A DNA stretch of 63,790 bases, filler included, from Octopus bimaculoides (lineage: Eukaryota), in NCBI RefSeq assembly GCF_001194135.2. It is 9 parts of 8 records of this genome, joined end to end, with 100 filler letters (N's around TTAATTAATTAA, not from the genome) between each part and the next. Parts side by side here need not be neighbours in the genome. Positions count along the whole stretch, not along the records: positions 1 to 25,768 come from NC_068986.1; 8 more parts are not named here. One strand, given 5' to 3'. The notes beneath the pieces were generated by a model, which made no database searches, was not told the DNA's origin, and was given only the letters and a program-made list of their open reading frames with translations. This document shows, piece after piece, positions 12,377 to 24,412 of the stretch (positions are counted from its first letter, which is position 1; each line of letters begins with the position of its first letter). Position numbers and translations under genes: made by a program.

Positions 12377-13780
12377 GTTCAGTAGTTTTATTTTTATAAC
12401 GTGATTTCACTTCACTACCGAGCGCAGCTCTGTGCGCCTTGTGTATGTGCTGTGGTTTGCTGTGATGCTCTTATGTTTACTGTATTGAAAGTGTTTTGCG
12501 TAGAATGTGTGCAGTACCCAGTAGTGCAATTTTCTGTATGTTATATATATTTGTAAGTCCTGGTGTTTTTGTTATGTATTTGTCTGAATATTTTTTTATT
12601 ATACCTAAGGCACCTACTATGATAGGAATTGTTTCTGTTTTTAGACTCNNNNNNNNNNNNNNNNNNNNNNNNNNNNNNNNNNNNNNNNNNNNNNNNNNNN
12701 NNNNNNNNNNNNNNNNNNNNNNNNNNNNNNNNNNNNNNNNNNNNNNNNNNNNNNNNNNNNNNNNNNNNNNNNNNNNNNNNNNNNNNNNNNNNNNNNNNNN
12801 NNNNNNNNNNNNNNNNNNNNNNNNNNNNNNNNNNNNNNNNNNNNNNNNNNNNNNNNNNNNNNNNNNNNNNNNNNNNNNNNNNNNNNNNNNNNNNNNNNNN
12901 NNNNNNNNNNNNNNNNNNNNNNNNNNNNNNNNNNNNNNNNNNNNNNNNNNNNNNNNNNNNNNNNNNNNNNNNNNNNNNNNNNNNNNNNNNNNNNNNNNNN
13001 NNNNNNNNNNNNNNNNNNNNNNNNNNNNNNNNNNNNNNNNNNNNNNNNNNNNNNNNNNNNNNNNNNNNNNNNNNNNNNNNNNNNNNNNNNNNNNNNNNNN
13101 NNNNNNNNNNNNNNNNNNNNNNNNNNNNNNNNNNNNNNNNNNNNNNNNNNNNNNNNNNNNNNNNNNNNNNNNNNNNNNNNNNNNNNNNNNNNNNNNNNNN
13201 NNNNNNNNNNNNNNNNNNNNNNNNNNNNNNNNNNNNNNNNNNNNNNNNNNNNNNNNNNNNNNNNNNNNNNNNNNNNNNNNNNNNNNNNNNNNNNNNNNNN
13301 NNNNNNNNNNNNNNNNNNNNNNNNNNNNNNNNNNNNNNNNNNNNNNNNNNNNNNNNNNNNNNNNNNNNNNNNNNNNNNNNNNNNNNNNNNNNNNNNNNNN
13401 NNNNNNNNNNNNNNNNNNNNNNNNNNNNNNNNNNNNNNNNNNNNNNNNNNNNNNNNNNNNNNNNNNNNNNNNNNNNNNNNNNNNNNNNNNNNNNNNNNNN
13501 NNNNNNNNNNNNNNNNNNNNNNNNNNNNNNNNNNNNNNNNNNNNNTTCTGTGCGTTGTATATATAGCCTTTCTATGTCAGACTTTGGCTGGTGCATCCTA
13601 TATCCTGTCATTATTTTTCTTGTTTTCCTGTCTATTTTACATAGTTCGTTTAGTGTCCAGTTAAGGATGTTGTAGCTGTAGCTTATAACTGGGACAGCTA
13701 ATGTGTTGATACCCATTATCTTGTTTTTAGCATTGAGCTCTGTTTTTATTATTGATCTAACTCGTCTATAGTACTCTTTC

Positions 13781-13783
<3 letters not shown>
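12377..13783 (-). mobile_element. R4/Dong-type RLE LINE, 5'-truncated, middle in a gap
   Basis: KKEYYRRVRSIIKTELNAKNKIMGINTLAVPVISYS...RMHQPKSDIERLYIQR (post-RT region); SLKTETIPIIVGALG...IALLGTAHILRKTLSIQ* C-terminus; 3' UTR; (AAT)n on both flanks of the element strand. Confidence 0.9.
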
Positions 13784-13837
<54 letters not shown>

Positions 13838-13894
13838 CTAATAATAATAATATTAATAGTGATGGTGAGGATGATGATGATGATGATGATGATG

Positions 13895-14345
13895 CAATGA
13901 TTCAGTGTGACATCAGATTAAACATCGGGAGCCTGACATTGTTGTGGTGAACAAAAAACAGAAAAATGTTGCATGATAATCGACATAGCATGTCCCAGTG
14001 ACAACAGGATCAAAGAGAAAGAGGAAAAAGTGAGCAACTATGATGATTTGAAGAAGATGATTTGAAACATGCAGGCTGTGGGTAATGGAGAGTGATGTCG
14101 TGTTACCAATAGTAATTGGTACACTTGGAATCATCAGCACTCAACTACCAACATGGTTCAAAATGATTGGTACAAATGTAAAGATAGAACATCCACAAAA
14201 ATCATCATTGCTTGGAAACTGCAAGTGTTCTCCGCAGGGTTCTTGAAGCATAGTCAGTAAATAAGTGTCATCTAAGTCTGCTGGTTGTGGACAGATGATA
14301 CCTTCCATCATATCTAGCAAAATAAGCTGAGAATTTTTTGTCAAA
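13895..14345 (+). mobile_element. R4/Dong-type LINE 3' fragment (RLE domain), second family
   Basis: Frameshifted IKHREPDIVVVNK..IIDIACPSDNRIKEKE..PIVIGTLG..SLLGTASVLRRVLEA*, then 3' UTR and (AAT)n tail. Confidence 0.85.
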
Positions 14346-14362
14346 TAATAATAATAATAATA

Positions 14363-14424
<62 letters not shown>
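14344..14424. repeat. (AAT)n microsatellite
   Basis: Direct reading. Confidence 0.95.
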
Positions 14425-14598
14425 TTTGGCACAAGGTAATCAATTTTGCGCGTACATCGACCCTAAAGCTTGACTGGTACTTATTCCATCGATCTCGAAA
14501 GGATTTAAGGCAGTGAGAGTTTTACTCAAAAGGCAAAGGCGGACGACATATCGTTAAGCATTTCATCCGGCGTGCTAACGGTTCTGCCAACACATCGT
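14422..14598 (-). mobile_element. SINE family A copy (degenerate)
   Basis: Reverse complement of the family A head (TGGCAGAACCGTTAGCACGCCGG), core and tail. Confidence 0.7.
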
Positions 14599-14643
14599 CT
14601 TCTTCTTCTTCTTCTTCTTCTTCTTCTTCTTCTTCTTCTTCTT

Positions 14644-14723
<80 letters not shown>

Positions 14724-14752
14724 TAATAATAATAATAATAATAATAATAATT
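14597..14752. repeat. Compound (TCT)n-(AAT)n microsatellite
   Basis: Direct reading. Confidence 0.95.
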
Positions 14753-15620
14753 ATAGTTGGCAAATATTGGGTTAATCATAGCAAATATTGGGTTAAACTA
14801 ATCAGAAAAGAAATCGAGAAAGCAAAATCCCAACAATGGCTGAGAAGCTCAGGACTCAAAGCAGAGACTGAAGGATGTTTAATTGCAGCGCAAGATCAAA
14901 GCCTTCCCACCAGAAATTAACAAAAACACACAATGAAAAAAAATACAAGTAACTGCAGAATTTGTGGGGAGGGAGAAGAAAGAATAAATCATATTGTCTC
15001 TGGCTGCCCAGTCCTAGCTTAGAAGGAATATATTCACAGACATAACAGAGTTGGGTCCCACATATACTGGAAGCTATGCCAACACTATGGAATAACAATA
15101 GAGTAAAGATGGTATAGGCACACCCAAGAAAAGGTCACAGAAAATAAGAAAGTAACCATACTCTGAGATATATGCCAATACACACAGATAGAGAAATCAA
15201 GGCTAATATGCCAAATATATAGTTGTCAGAGATCACTATGAAAAAAAAAATGCTTTCTAATCGATGTAACAATACCAACACATGATAATGTTTCTCTGAA
15301 AGAAACGGAGAAATTTTCAATATACAAAGATTTGGAAATAGAGGTAACTCGAATGGGGAGCTTAAAAACAGAAACAATTCCTATTACAGTAGGCGCATTA
15401 GGTATGAAAAAAAAAACATTTAGACAAATTCATAACAAAAACTCCAAAACTTACAAATATATATAGCATACAGAAAATAGCACTACTAGGCACCGTACAC
15501 ATCCTACGTAGAACATTTTCGATACGGTGAAAATAGAAAGCGCCACAATAAACCACAGCACATATCCAAGACACACAAAGCTGCGCTTGGTAGTGCAGTA
15601 AAAGCAGGTGATAAAAATAG
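14753..15620 (+). mobile_element. R4/Dong-type LINE 3' portion: CCHC knuckle plus RLE, with stops and frameshifts
   Basis: QQWLRSSGLKAETEGCLIAAQDQSL, CRICGEGEERINHIVSGC, RHNRVGSHIYWKLC, FLIDVTIPTHDNVSLKETEK, KTETIPITVGALG; 3' UTR similar to that at 12377. Confidence 0.9.
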
Positions 15621-15649
15621 GACTGGCAGTACCAGGCAGTACCAGGCAG

Positions 15650-16022
15650 TAGTTCTCATAGCTTCTGATCTTAATTGATTGGAAGTGTTATCATGTACAT
15701 TGTTTTGTCTTGGTATAAAAGATGGGCTACAGCAAATATTCTGTTCAATACCACAGATTTGCTTGTCAGTTGTTTGACCTTAACAAGTTGAGCATGTCCC
15801 TTGGTGGCTGACGATATGTGCATCTCTGATCATGAGCAGAAGTAGTGAAGCATCATAGCCATGTGTTGAGAGGAATTCTTTGGGGTTTGAATAATTCACC
15901 TTTGGAAACATGAGTTTTTTGCTCAACATCCTTAAACAACCCTTATTCAGGGACCTTTTGAGTGGGATGGGCTACTCGATCTGAAGAAAATTCTAACTGG
16001 GCCCCACCTGCGAGGTCATGCG
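15650..16022. repeat. Unclassified interspersed repeat, copy 2
   Basis: Homologous to 9955-10235; runs into a gap. Confidence 0.75.
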
Positions 16023-16928
16023 NNNNNNNNNNNNNNNNNNNNNNNNNNNNNNNNNNNNNNNNNNNNNNNNNNNNNNNNNNNNNNNNNNNNNNNNNNNNNN
16101 NNNNNNNNNNNNNNNNNNNNNNNNNNNNNNNNNNNNNNNNNNNNNNNNNNNNNNNNNNNNNNNNNNNNNNNNNNNNNNNNNNNNNNNNNNNNNNNNNNNN
16201 NNNNNNNNNNNNNNNNNNNNNNNNNNNNNNNNNNNNNNNNNNNNNNNNNNNNNNNNNNNNNNNNNNNNNNNNNNNNNNNNNNNNNNNNNNNNNNNNNNNN
16301 NNNNNNNNNNNNNNNNNNNNNNNNNNNNNNNNNNNNNNNNNNNNNNNNNNNNNNNNNNNNNNNNNNNNNNNNNNNNNNNNNNNNNNNNNNNNNNNNNNNN
16401 NNNNNNNNNNNNNNNNNNNNNNNNNNNNNNNNNNNNNNNNNNNNNNNNNNNNNNNNNNNNNNNNNNNNNNNNNNNNNNNNNNNNNNNNNNNNNNNNNNNN
16501 NNNNNNNNNNNNNNNNNNNNNNNNNNNNNNNNNNNNNNNNNNNNNNNNNNNNNNNNNNNNNNNNNNNNNNNNNNNNNNNNNNNNNNNNNNNNNNNNNNNN
16601 NNNNNNNNNNNNNNNNNNNNNNNNNNNNNNNNNNNNNNNNNNNNNNNNNNNNNNNNNNNNNNNNNNNNNNNNNNNNNNNNNNNNNNNNNNNNNNNNNNNN
16701 NNNNNNNNNNNNNNNNNNNNNNNNNNNNNNNNNNNNNNNNNNNNNNNNNNNNNNNNNNNNNNNNNNNNNNNNNNNNNNNNNNNNNNNNNNNNNNNNNNNN
16801 NNNNNNNNNNNNNNNNNNNNNNNNNNNNNNNNNNNNNNNNNNNNNNNNNNNNNNNNNNNNNNNNNNNNNNNNNNNNNNNNNNNNNNNNNNNNNNNNNNNN
16901 NNNNNNNNNNNNNNNNNNNNNNNNNNNN

Positions 16929-17045
<117 letters not shown>

Positions 17046-17433
17046 AAGAAGAAGAAGAAGAAGAAGAAGAATTACATTCTGTTTCGCAACGTATATCTTC
17101 TCTGCTTCATAAACACTTTAGTAAACTTCATTCAATCTTCTGAGGAAGGAACTAGAGCTCAGATTTTTGCCAAGTCTTACGTACCATATCTCGGAAATGC
17201 AAAATGTGTTATCAGCGGTGTCTATATATTTCTGAAGTTTTCATAATTGTCTTTACCTTAAAGCAGAACAATCTTTCTTTTCCCAAAACTTCATTAAAAT
17301 AGAAATGTTTGAACACAGCTTTTCTTTTTTTGGCAAATGATGAATAGAAATTTGATATCCATCTTCAAAGTTACATTACAATGCTTGCTAAATAATTAAA
17401 AATATTTAATCTAAGGCACAAACGTAGAATATA

Positions 17434-17581
17434 GGCGCAGGGATGGCTTGCTTCTCAACCATGTGGTCTTGGGTTCAGTCCCACTGAGCTGCAACTTAAA
17501 CGAGCGTGTTCCACAACAGGCCCGGGCCGACCAAAGCATTTTGAGTGGATTTGGTAGGCAGAGCTGAACTGAAAGAAGCTC

Positions 17582-17582
<1 letters not shown>
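17434..17582 (+). mobile_element. SINE family B, 5' half (enters a TA tract and gap)
   Basis: GGCGCAGG head, GGTTCAGTCCC B-box, GGCCGACCAAAGC..GAGTGGATTTGGTAG. Confidence 0.75.
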
Positions 17583-17614
<32 letters not shown>

Positions 17615-18090
17615 NNNNNNNNNNNNNNNNNNNNNNNNNNNNNNNNNNNNNNNNNNNNNNNNNNNNNNNNNNNNNNNNNNNNNNNNNNNNNNNNNNNNNN
17701 NNNNNNNNNNNNNNNNNNNNNNNNNNNNNNNNNNNNNNNNNNNNNNNNNNNNNNNNNNNNNNNNNNNNNNNNNNNNNNNNNNNNNNNNNNNNNNNNNNNN
17801 NNNNNNNNNNNNNNNNNNNNNNNNNNNNNNNNNNNNNNNNNNNNNNNNNNNNNNNNNNNNNNNNNNNNNNNNNNNNNNNNNNNNNNNNNNNNNNNNNNNN
17901 NNNNNNNNNNNNNNNNNNNNNNNNNNNNNNNNNNNNNNNNNNNNNNNNNNNNNNNNNNNNNNNNNNNNNNNNNNNNNNNNNNNNNNNNNNNNNNNNNNNN
18001 NNNNNNNNNNNNNNNNNNNNNNNNNNNNNNNNNNNNNNNNNNNNNNNNNNNNNNNNNNNNNNNNNNNNNNNNNNNNNNNNNGTGTGTATG

Positions 18091-18129
<39 letters not shown>

Positions 18130-18213
18130 CAACAAATGGTTTGAATGAGACCTCGATATTATGTATAATAGAGGAATCTATCTATAAATACAATATGTGA
18201 AAATTAGTTGGTT

Positions 18214-18284
18214 GTCATAATAAAACTCAGAGTTTCGAATACCGGGGCTGAAGTCTGTTCCGGTATCTCATCAGTTATTAAGAC
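18214..18284 (-). ncRNA. Type I hammerhead ribozyme, intact core
   Basis: Minus strand reads GUCUUAAUAA CUGAUGA GAUACCGG[14-nt loop]CCGGUAUUC GAAA CUCUGAG U U UUAUUAUGAC. Stem I pairs 9 of 10, stem II is 8 bp with one bulge, stem III ACUCUGAGU is quasi-palindromic. GUU triplet; predicted cut between 18224 and 18223. Confidence 0.8.
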
Positions 18285-18447
18285 AAAACGTTATGTAAAA
18301 AAAACCGTTCAATAAAGGGAAACTATTCCAATAGGCAGGGTGAAAAAAATACTTCATTCATGCGCATTGTATGAATGAAGTATTACTTTCACTATGCCTA
18401 TTTAAGTAATTTCCCTTTATTGAACGTTTTTTTTTTCATAACGTTTT

Positions 18448-18518
18448 GTCTTAATAATTGATGAGACGCCGGAGCAGACTTCAGACCCGGTATCCGAGAC
18501 TCTGAGTTTTATTATGAC
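18448..18518 (+). ncRNA. Mirror copy of the hammerhead with core mutations C3U and A14G (probably inactive)
   Basis: GUCUUAAUAA UUGAUGA GACGCCGG...CCGGUAUCC GAGA CUCUGAGU U UUAUUAUGAC. Confidence 0.65.
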
Positions 18519-18850
18519 AACCAACCAATTGTCACATATTATATATATCTATAATATAAATTTAAGATGGGCGAGCGTTGTATTCTTTCTTGTCTTGAGG
18601 TTCACAGCCAAATGGCTGGGTGGATTCGCATGAAGAATGACACATATGTGGAGACAGGTGCATAGATTGGAATGCGGTTTGTATTTTTTCTTAGTCCCCA
18701 TAGTTATCGAGAAAATCGTTTAAAACAACCTGCGTGCTTGCGCGTGTGTGAGTGTGTGTCACTGAAGCCATTCATGATACATGCATAACCTCTCTCTCTC
18801 CCTCTCTCTGTGTCATTTACTCACTACAAAAAAATGGAAAAATTTCTGTT

Positions 18851-18888
<38 letters not shown>

Positions 18889-19813
18889 CACACACACCAT
18901 TAACATTACTCTCTCTGTCTCTTCACACACACTCACCAAAGCAATTCATATACACACCACACATTCTGTCTCGCACGCCCCATCAAATACATGCACACAC
19001 ACACGCACACACACACACACACATTCACACACACACATACACACACACACACACACATACACACACACACATACNNNNNNNNNNNNNNNNNNNNNNNNNN
19101 NNNNNNNNNNNNNNNNNNNNNNNNNNNNNNNNNNNNNNNNNNNNNNNNNNNNNNNNNNNNNNNNNNNNNNNNNNNNNNNNNNNNNNNNNNNNNNNNNNNN
19201 NNNNNNNNNNNNNNNNNNNNNNNNNNNNNNNNNNNNNNNNNNNNNNNNNNNNNNNNNNNNNNNNNNNNNNNNNNNNNNNNNNNNNNNNNNNNNNNNNNNN
19301 NNNNNNNNNNNNNNNNNNNNNNNNNNNNNNNNNNNNNNNNNNNNNNNNNNNNNNNNNNNNNNNNNNNNNNNNNNNNNNNNNNNNNNNNNNNNNNNNNNNN
19401 NNNNNNNNNNNNNNNNNNNNNNNNNNNNNNNNNNNNNNNNNNNNNNNNNNNNNNNNNNNNNNNNNNNNNNNNNNNNNNNNNNNNNNNNNNNNNNNNNNNN
19501 NNNNNNNNNNNNNNNNNNNNNNNNNNNNNNNNNNNNNNNNNNNNNNNNNNNNNNNNNNNNNNNNNNNNNNNNNNNNNNNNNNNNNNNNNNNNNNNNNNNN
19601 NNNNNNNNNNNNNNNNNNNNNNNNNNNNNNNNNNNNNNNNNNNNNNNNNNNNNNNNNNNNNNNNNNNNNNNNNNNNNNNNNNNNNNNNNNNNNNNNNNNN
19701 NNNNNNNNNNNNNNNNNNNNNNNNNNNNNNNNNNNNNNNNNNNNNNNNNNNNNNNNNNNATATAATATATGCTAATATATATGTATGTATGCTTATATGT
19801 GTGTGTATGCATT

Positions 19814-19844
<31 letters not shown>

Positions 19845-20006
19845 CATATAAATAAAATAAATGTCCAAAAGAATAGTAATTGTGTTATCACCTCTTACTC
19901 TCTTTCATTATACACACACATACACACACATAGACATACATACATACATACACACATATACAAATACATTCATACACATAAACATACACACATACACATG
20001 CACTCA

Positions 20007-20042
<36 letters not shown>

Positions 20043-20357
20043 TGCACATGTCATTACCAAATAGTAACAATCAGAAGAACATTAAATACAGTCTTTCATC
20101 TTTTCGGGGTCTCTTAAATAACTACCAGTTACGCACTGGTTTTGATGTAATCGACTTAATCTGTTCTAGTCTGTCCCCTCTATGTTTATCCCCCTATGTA
20201 TGGGCAATAAAGAAATAAATATATAGGAGGATCAGTTAATAATGATTTTATTGAACATATTCCCCTCTCAGATCTGCTCATTTATTGCAGCAGTCCTTCA
20301 GTTTTTCCTAAGACTTGTGAGTGGATCTGGTAGACGGAAACTGAAAGAAGTCCGCCG

Positions 20358-20389
<32 letters not shown>

Positions 20390-20580
20390 TGTATGTATGT
20401 ATGTNNNNNNNNNNATATATATACGTACATATTACAGACAAGGAAGTAAATTTGTAACGTAAGTTGTAAGGACAGCAGAGAATAATTGGGTATTCACCCT
20501 TTATAAGACGGGAAAAGCTGCTAGCAGCAGGCGACTACATTCTTGTCTGTAATATACCAAACACATTAGACGTTTCTAAA

Positions 20581-21583
20581 TGGGTGTGGGGAATAAATTG
20601 ACGTCTAAATGATGCAAATATGAAAATAACACTGACATCTCATTTTAACAGATATATCAACCAAAATTACATAAGAATATCTTGAAATACTAAAGACTAA
20701 ATGTATTCAATAAAATCGCCATTGGCTTCAACCACGGCCTCCAGACGACTTCGGAATCTCCTACAACTCTTCTGTATGCATGTGTGTATGTATGTATGTA
20801 TGTATATATACAACAAAGAGACCATCTTCTGGATGGTCTCCTTGTTTAAGTTGGTGAATGCTTCTGTTCATCTTCGGTGTTTCAAGGAGTTTTGTTGGTC
20901 TCTCGCTCAACTGCCCATACATAATAATCAAGGGGGTTGCGGTTGCAGTATGGGGAGTTAGGTGGCCAGATGTTAGGGGTGATGTGGTCGTAGAAATTGT
21001 CTGATAGCCATGACTGGGTTCTCCTGCTTGTGTGGCGTGGTGCAGATTCCTATTGCCAGACAAAGGTCTTCCAGCATCCACCCTCTGTGATCCTGGCAGA
21101 AAATGTTCTCGTCTGGGAAAAACCAAAACATGTTCTGTTGGAGGGGATGGTTGAGTTTGTTCAAAAGCTTTGTAGCACAGTCTTTCTTCTTGTACTTGAT
21201 GGCTTGGGATAAAAATTACCCCATTTCTCATCTTGTATGAGGAATACCGAATGTCTTCATGCACTACTTGCCTGACAAGAAACTCAGACACTCCCATGTC
21301 CCTGGCAATGGACCTGACTGACTTGAAGGGATCGATGTCAATCATGGCCAGGATTTCACCAACAAATTCAGGAGTTCTTTTTTTATGAGAACAATCAGAG
21401 TGAGTTTTCCGAGCTACCGTACCTTCGTAATCACCATTAGACTCATGCAACTCTTTTCGAATCCTCTGCACTGTCCTCAGATTGAGACCCAAACATTTTG
21501 AAATGTTCGTATTGGAGCATCCGACGCGAATGCCAAGCAGTACATCATGTCGTTTCCAAATTTCTCTCAGAGTGAATTGCATC
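20581..21583 (-). pseudogene. maT (DD37D) Tc1/mariner-superfamily transposase relic
   Basis: HTH-like N-terminus (KSVRSIARDMGVSEFLVR), WFFPDE first Asp, then WQ*ESAPRH...WPPNSPYCNPLD with exactly 37 residues between the 2nd and 3rd catalytic positions. C-terminus RLEAVVEANGDFIE; TIR-like GGGTGTGGGGAATAAATTG at 20582; internal deletion and a (TATG)n insertion. Confidence 0.85.
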
Positions 21584-21792
21584 NNNNNNNNNNNNNNNNN
21601 NNNNNNNNNNNNNNNNNNNNNNNNNNNNNNNNNNNNNNNNNNNNNNNNNNNNNNNNNNNNNNNNNNNNNNNNNNNNNNNNNNNNNNNNNNNNNNNNNNNN
21701 NNNNNNNNNNNNNNNNNNNNNNNNNNNNNNNNNNNNNNNNNNNNNNNNNNNNNNNNNNNNNNNNNNNNNNNNNNNNNNNNNNNNNNNNNNNN

Positions 21793-21831
<39 letters not shown>

Positions 21832-21869
21832 TTCCTCTCCTCAAATGCCTATGTCCCTCTCATCCATGT

Positions 21870-22152
21870 CTTGCGAGTTACTTGGTGACTCTGCCAGTGT
21901 TGGTGCAACGTAAAAAGCATCCAATCTACACTGTAAATTGGTTGGCTTTTGGAATGGCATCCAGCTGTAAAAATCATTGCAAAATTAACTTCGCTTGGGC
22001 TAGTGCCACGTAAAAAGCACCGAGTCCGCTCTACAGAGTGGTTGGTGTTAAGAAGGGCATCGAGCCATAAGAACCCCGCCAAAACAGAGTTGCATAGAGT
22101 AGTTTTTCTACCTGGCCAGCAACTGTGAAGATGGACGTTAAACGAAGATGAT
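21870..22152 (+). mobile_element. RTE LINE 3'-UTR-like fragment
   Basis: GTAAAAAGCAC units, GGCATCCAGCTGTA motif and GGACGTTAAACGAAGATGATGAT tail, as in 39330-39487. Confidence 0.65.
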
Positions 22153-22358
22153 GATAGAAGCTATGTAAGGGGTCACCTGGGAGTCGCGTATTAATCAAAA
22201 AGTTTAAAGAAAAAGTAACTGATACTAAATATTGTTGATTAGTGTAGCAACATTCGCTGAGTTGTAGAAATAAACATTTGGAGATCTTTTTGTCCTTAAA
22301 ATAAAATCAATTTTACCTCCTCTGCTACTACAAACACACACATACACGCACACTTATA

Positions 22359-22422
<64 letters not shown>

Positions 22423-22795
22423 GGAGAGAGAAAGAGAGGGTCTATGTATACAGTGAAAGAGAGAGAGAGAAAGAAAGAGAAAGATAGAAACAGAGAGAAG
22501 GAAAGAGGGGTACATATTACCTAAAATATGAATAAAATATCGTAAAATATTCTGTCTTTAATGCGTTACAAAATACAAATAATGCAATTTGTTCTCAATT
22601 AGAATAATGCGATAGAGGCGCCATTATTTTTCTGTGGCCATCCTTTCTGATGCGTGTATATATTATATTTATATTCCGCTTTTAAATATATGAATCTCAT
22701 TCACTTAAAGGGAACTTGTTGAGGTGTCGTCGTCAACAGCTTAGAATTTCGGATTACTTGCTGTTAATACATGTTATTTTTTAATCCCAAACAAA

Positions 22796-23145
22796 AGGGG
22801 CGAACTGGCAGAATACTTAGCATGCCGGGCGATATGCTTAGCGACATTTCGTCCGTCTTTACGTTTTTCAGTTCAGTTTCCGCCGAGGTCGACTTTGTCC
22901 CTCTCCTAAAATTTCAGGCTTTATGCCTGTAAGGCGCCGAGCTGGCAGAATCGTTAGCACGTTTACGAAATGCTTAGCAATATTTCGTCCGCCGCTACGT
23001 TCTGAGTTCAAATTCCGCCGAGGTCGACTTCGCCTTTCATCCTTTCGGGGTCAATAAATTAAGTACCAGTAAAACACTGGAGTCGATGTAATCGACTTGT
23101 CCCACGACCCCAAATTTCAGATCTTGTGCCTTTAATACAAAGGGT
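22796..23145 (+). mobile_element. Two tandem SINE family A copies
   Basis: Heads at 22796 and 22932; the second has the GAGTTCAAATTCC B-box and a complete core. Confidence 0.85.
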
Positions 23146-23299
23146 TACTTAATCCCAGGTGAAATTATCAAAGGCAATCAGTCGTCACTATTTTCAATGT
23201 AAATCAAGCATGGCGTTGCCCAGTGGTAGAGTGTGATTTGAAAATGATTTCACTGATGTTAGCTAGAAGTGATCACGTAAACGATCTTTCGTTGGCTTT

Positions 23300-24035
23300 A
23301 CTATTTACCATACACACAACATGGTCTTTCAAGGATGAAAGTCTTGTTTTGTTCGTGGAGTCGCTTGTTTGTCGCTGCTTCATATTGACGTAAAGGAGCA
23401 ATTTTTCATCGCCAGTAACAGTGCAGTAAAGAAAACGTTGTTTGTAAGCATGTGTTGAGCGATCTTGAGCAAGCAAACTAGCGGCGATTGTGGAGCGTTG
23501 ATTTTTGTGGTTTTCGCTCAAAGTGTGTGGCACCCAAGCGTCGAGTTTCTGAACATTGCCCATTGAGTGAAAGTGGTTCACCACATTTTTTTTATCACAA
23601 TCTATCTGCTCCGCCAATTGTGTGGTCATTTGACGTGGATTTTCGTGAAGAAGTTCATTCAATCGCTCTTCATCGGACTCAGTTGGTCGACCGGTGTGTG
23701 ATCCATCCATGAGATCAGAATTCTCATTTTAATAGCGTGAAAACCAACGGCGGGCGATACTTTGAGGCATTGCTCTTTCTCCACACATAGCACAAATCTT
23801 ATGAGTAGCTTCGGTGGCCTTAACACCTTGATTAAATGTAAAAAGCAAATGGTGTTGAAAATGGTCAGTTTTGTCCACTTGACATTCCATTTTAATGATC
23901 TGAAAATACACAAAAATCAATAAAATTAAAAAATCAAAACACACTATGTTATAGAGCAAAAACAAAATGTCTTCTTAATAACATAAAACATTTTGGCAAT
24001 GCGTTTTATTTCAGTGTGCATTTTTAAATTTGAAA
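23300..24035 (-). pseudogene. Mariner (DD34D-type) transposase relic, N-terminal half
   Basis: ATG at 23890: MECQVDK..GVKATEATHKIC..RRWFSRY*..GRP..ENPRQ..WVPHTLSE..VTGDEK; then frameshifted TPRTKQDFHP*KTMLCVW; truncated before the second Asp. Confidence 0.9.
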
Positions 24036-24237
24036 NNNNNNNNNNNNNNNNNNNNNNNNNNNNNNNNNNNNNNNNNNNNNNNNNNNNNNNNNNNNNNNNN
24101 NNNNNNNNNNNNNNNNNNNNNNNNNNNNNNNNNNNNNNNNNNNNNNNNNNNNNNNNNNNNNNNNNNNNNNNNNNNNNNNNNNNNNNNNNNNNNNNNNNNN
24201 NNNNNNNNNNNNNNNNNNNNNNNNNNNNNNNNNNNNN

Positions 24238-24412
24238 ATATATATATATATATGTATACGACGAGATCCTTTCAGTTTCCGTCTATCAAATCCACTCACA
24301 AGGCTTTGGTCGGCTCGAGGCTATAGTAGAAGACACTTGCTCAAGGTGCCACGCAGCAGAACTGAACCCGAACCATGTGGCTGGGAAGCAAGCTTCTTAC
24401 CACACAGCTATA
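24238..24412 (-). mobile_element. SINE family B, 5' half (adjacent to a TA tract and gap)
   Basis: Reverse complement of the family B head and CORE-like region. Confidence 0.8.

Larger units (their letters stand above)
18183..18549. repeat. ~365-bp fold-back: ~180-bp arms with a ~5-nt loop
   Basis: 18183-18363 is the reverse complement of 18369-18549; about 20 mismatches in 172 aligned bases, counted by eye. Confidence 0.95.
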
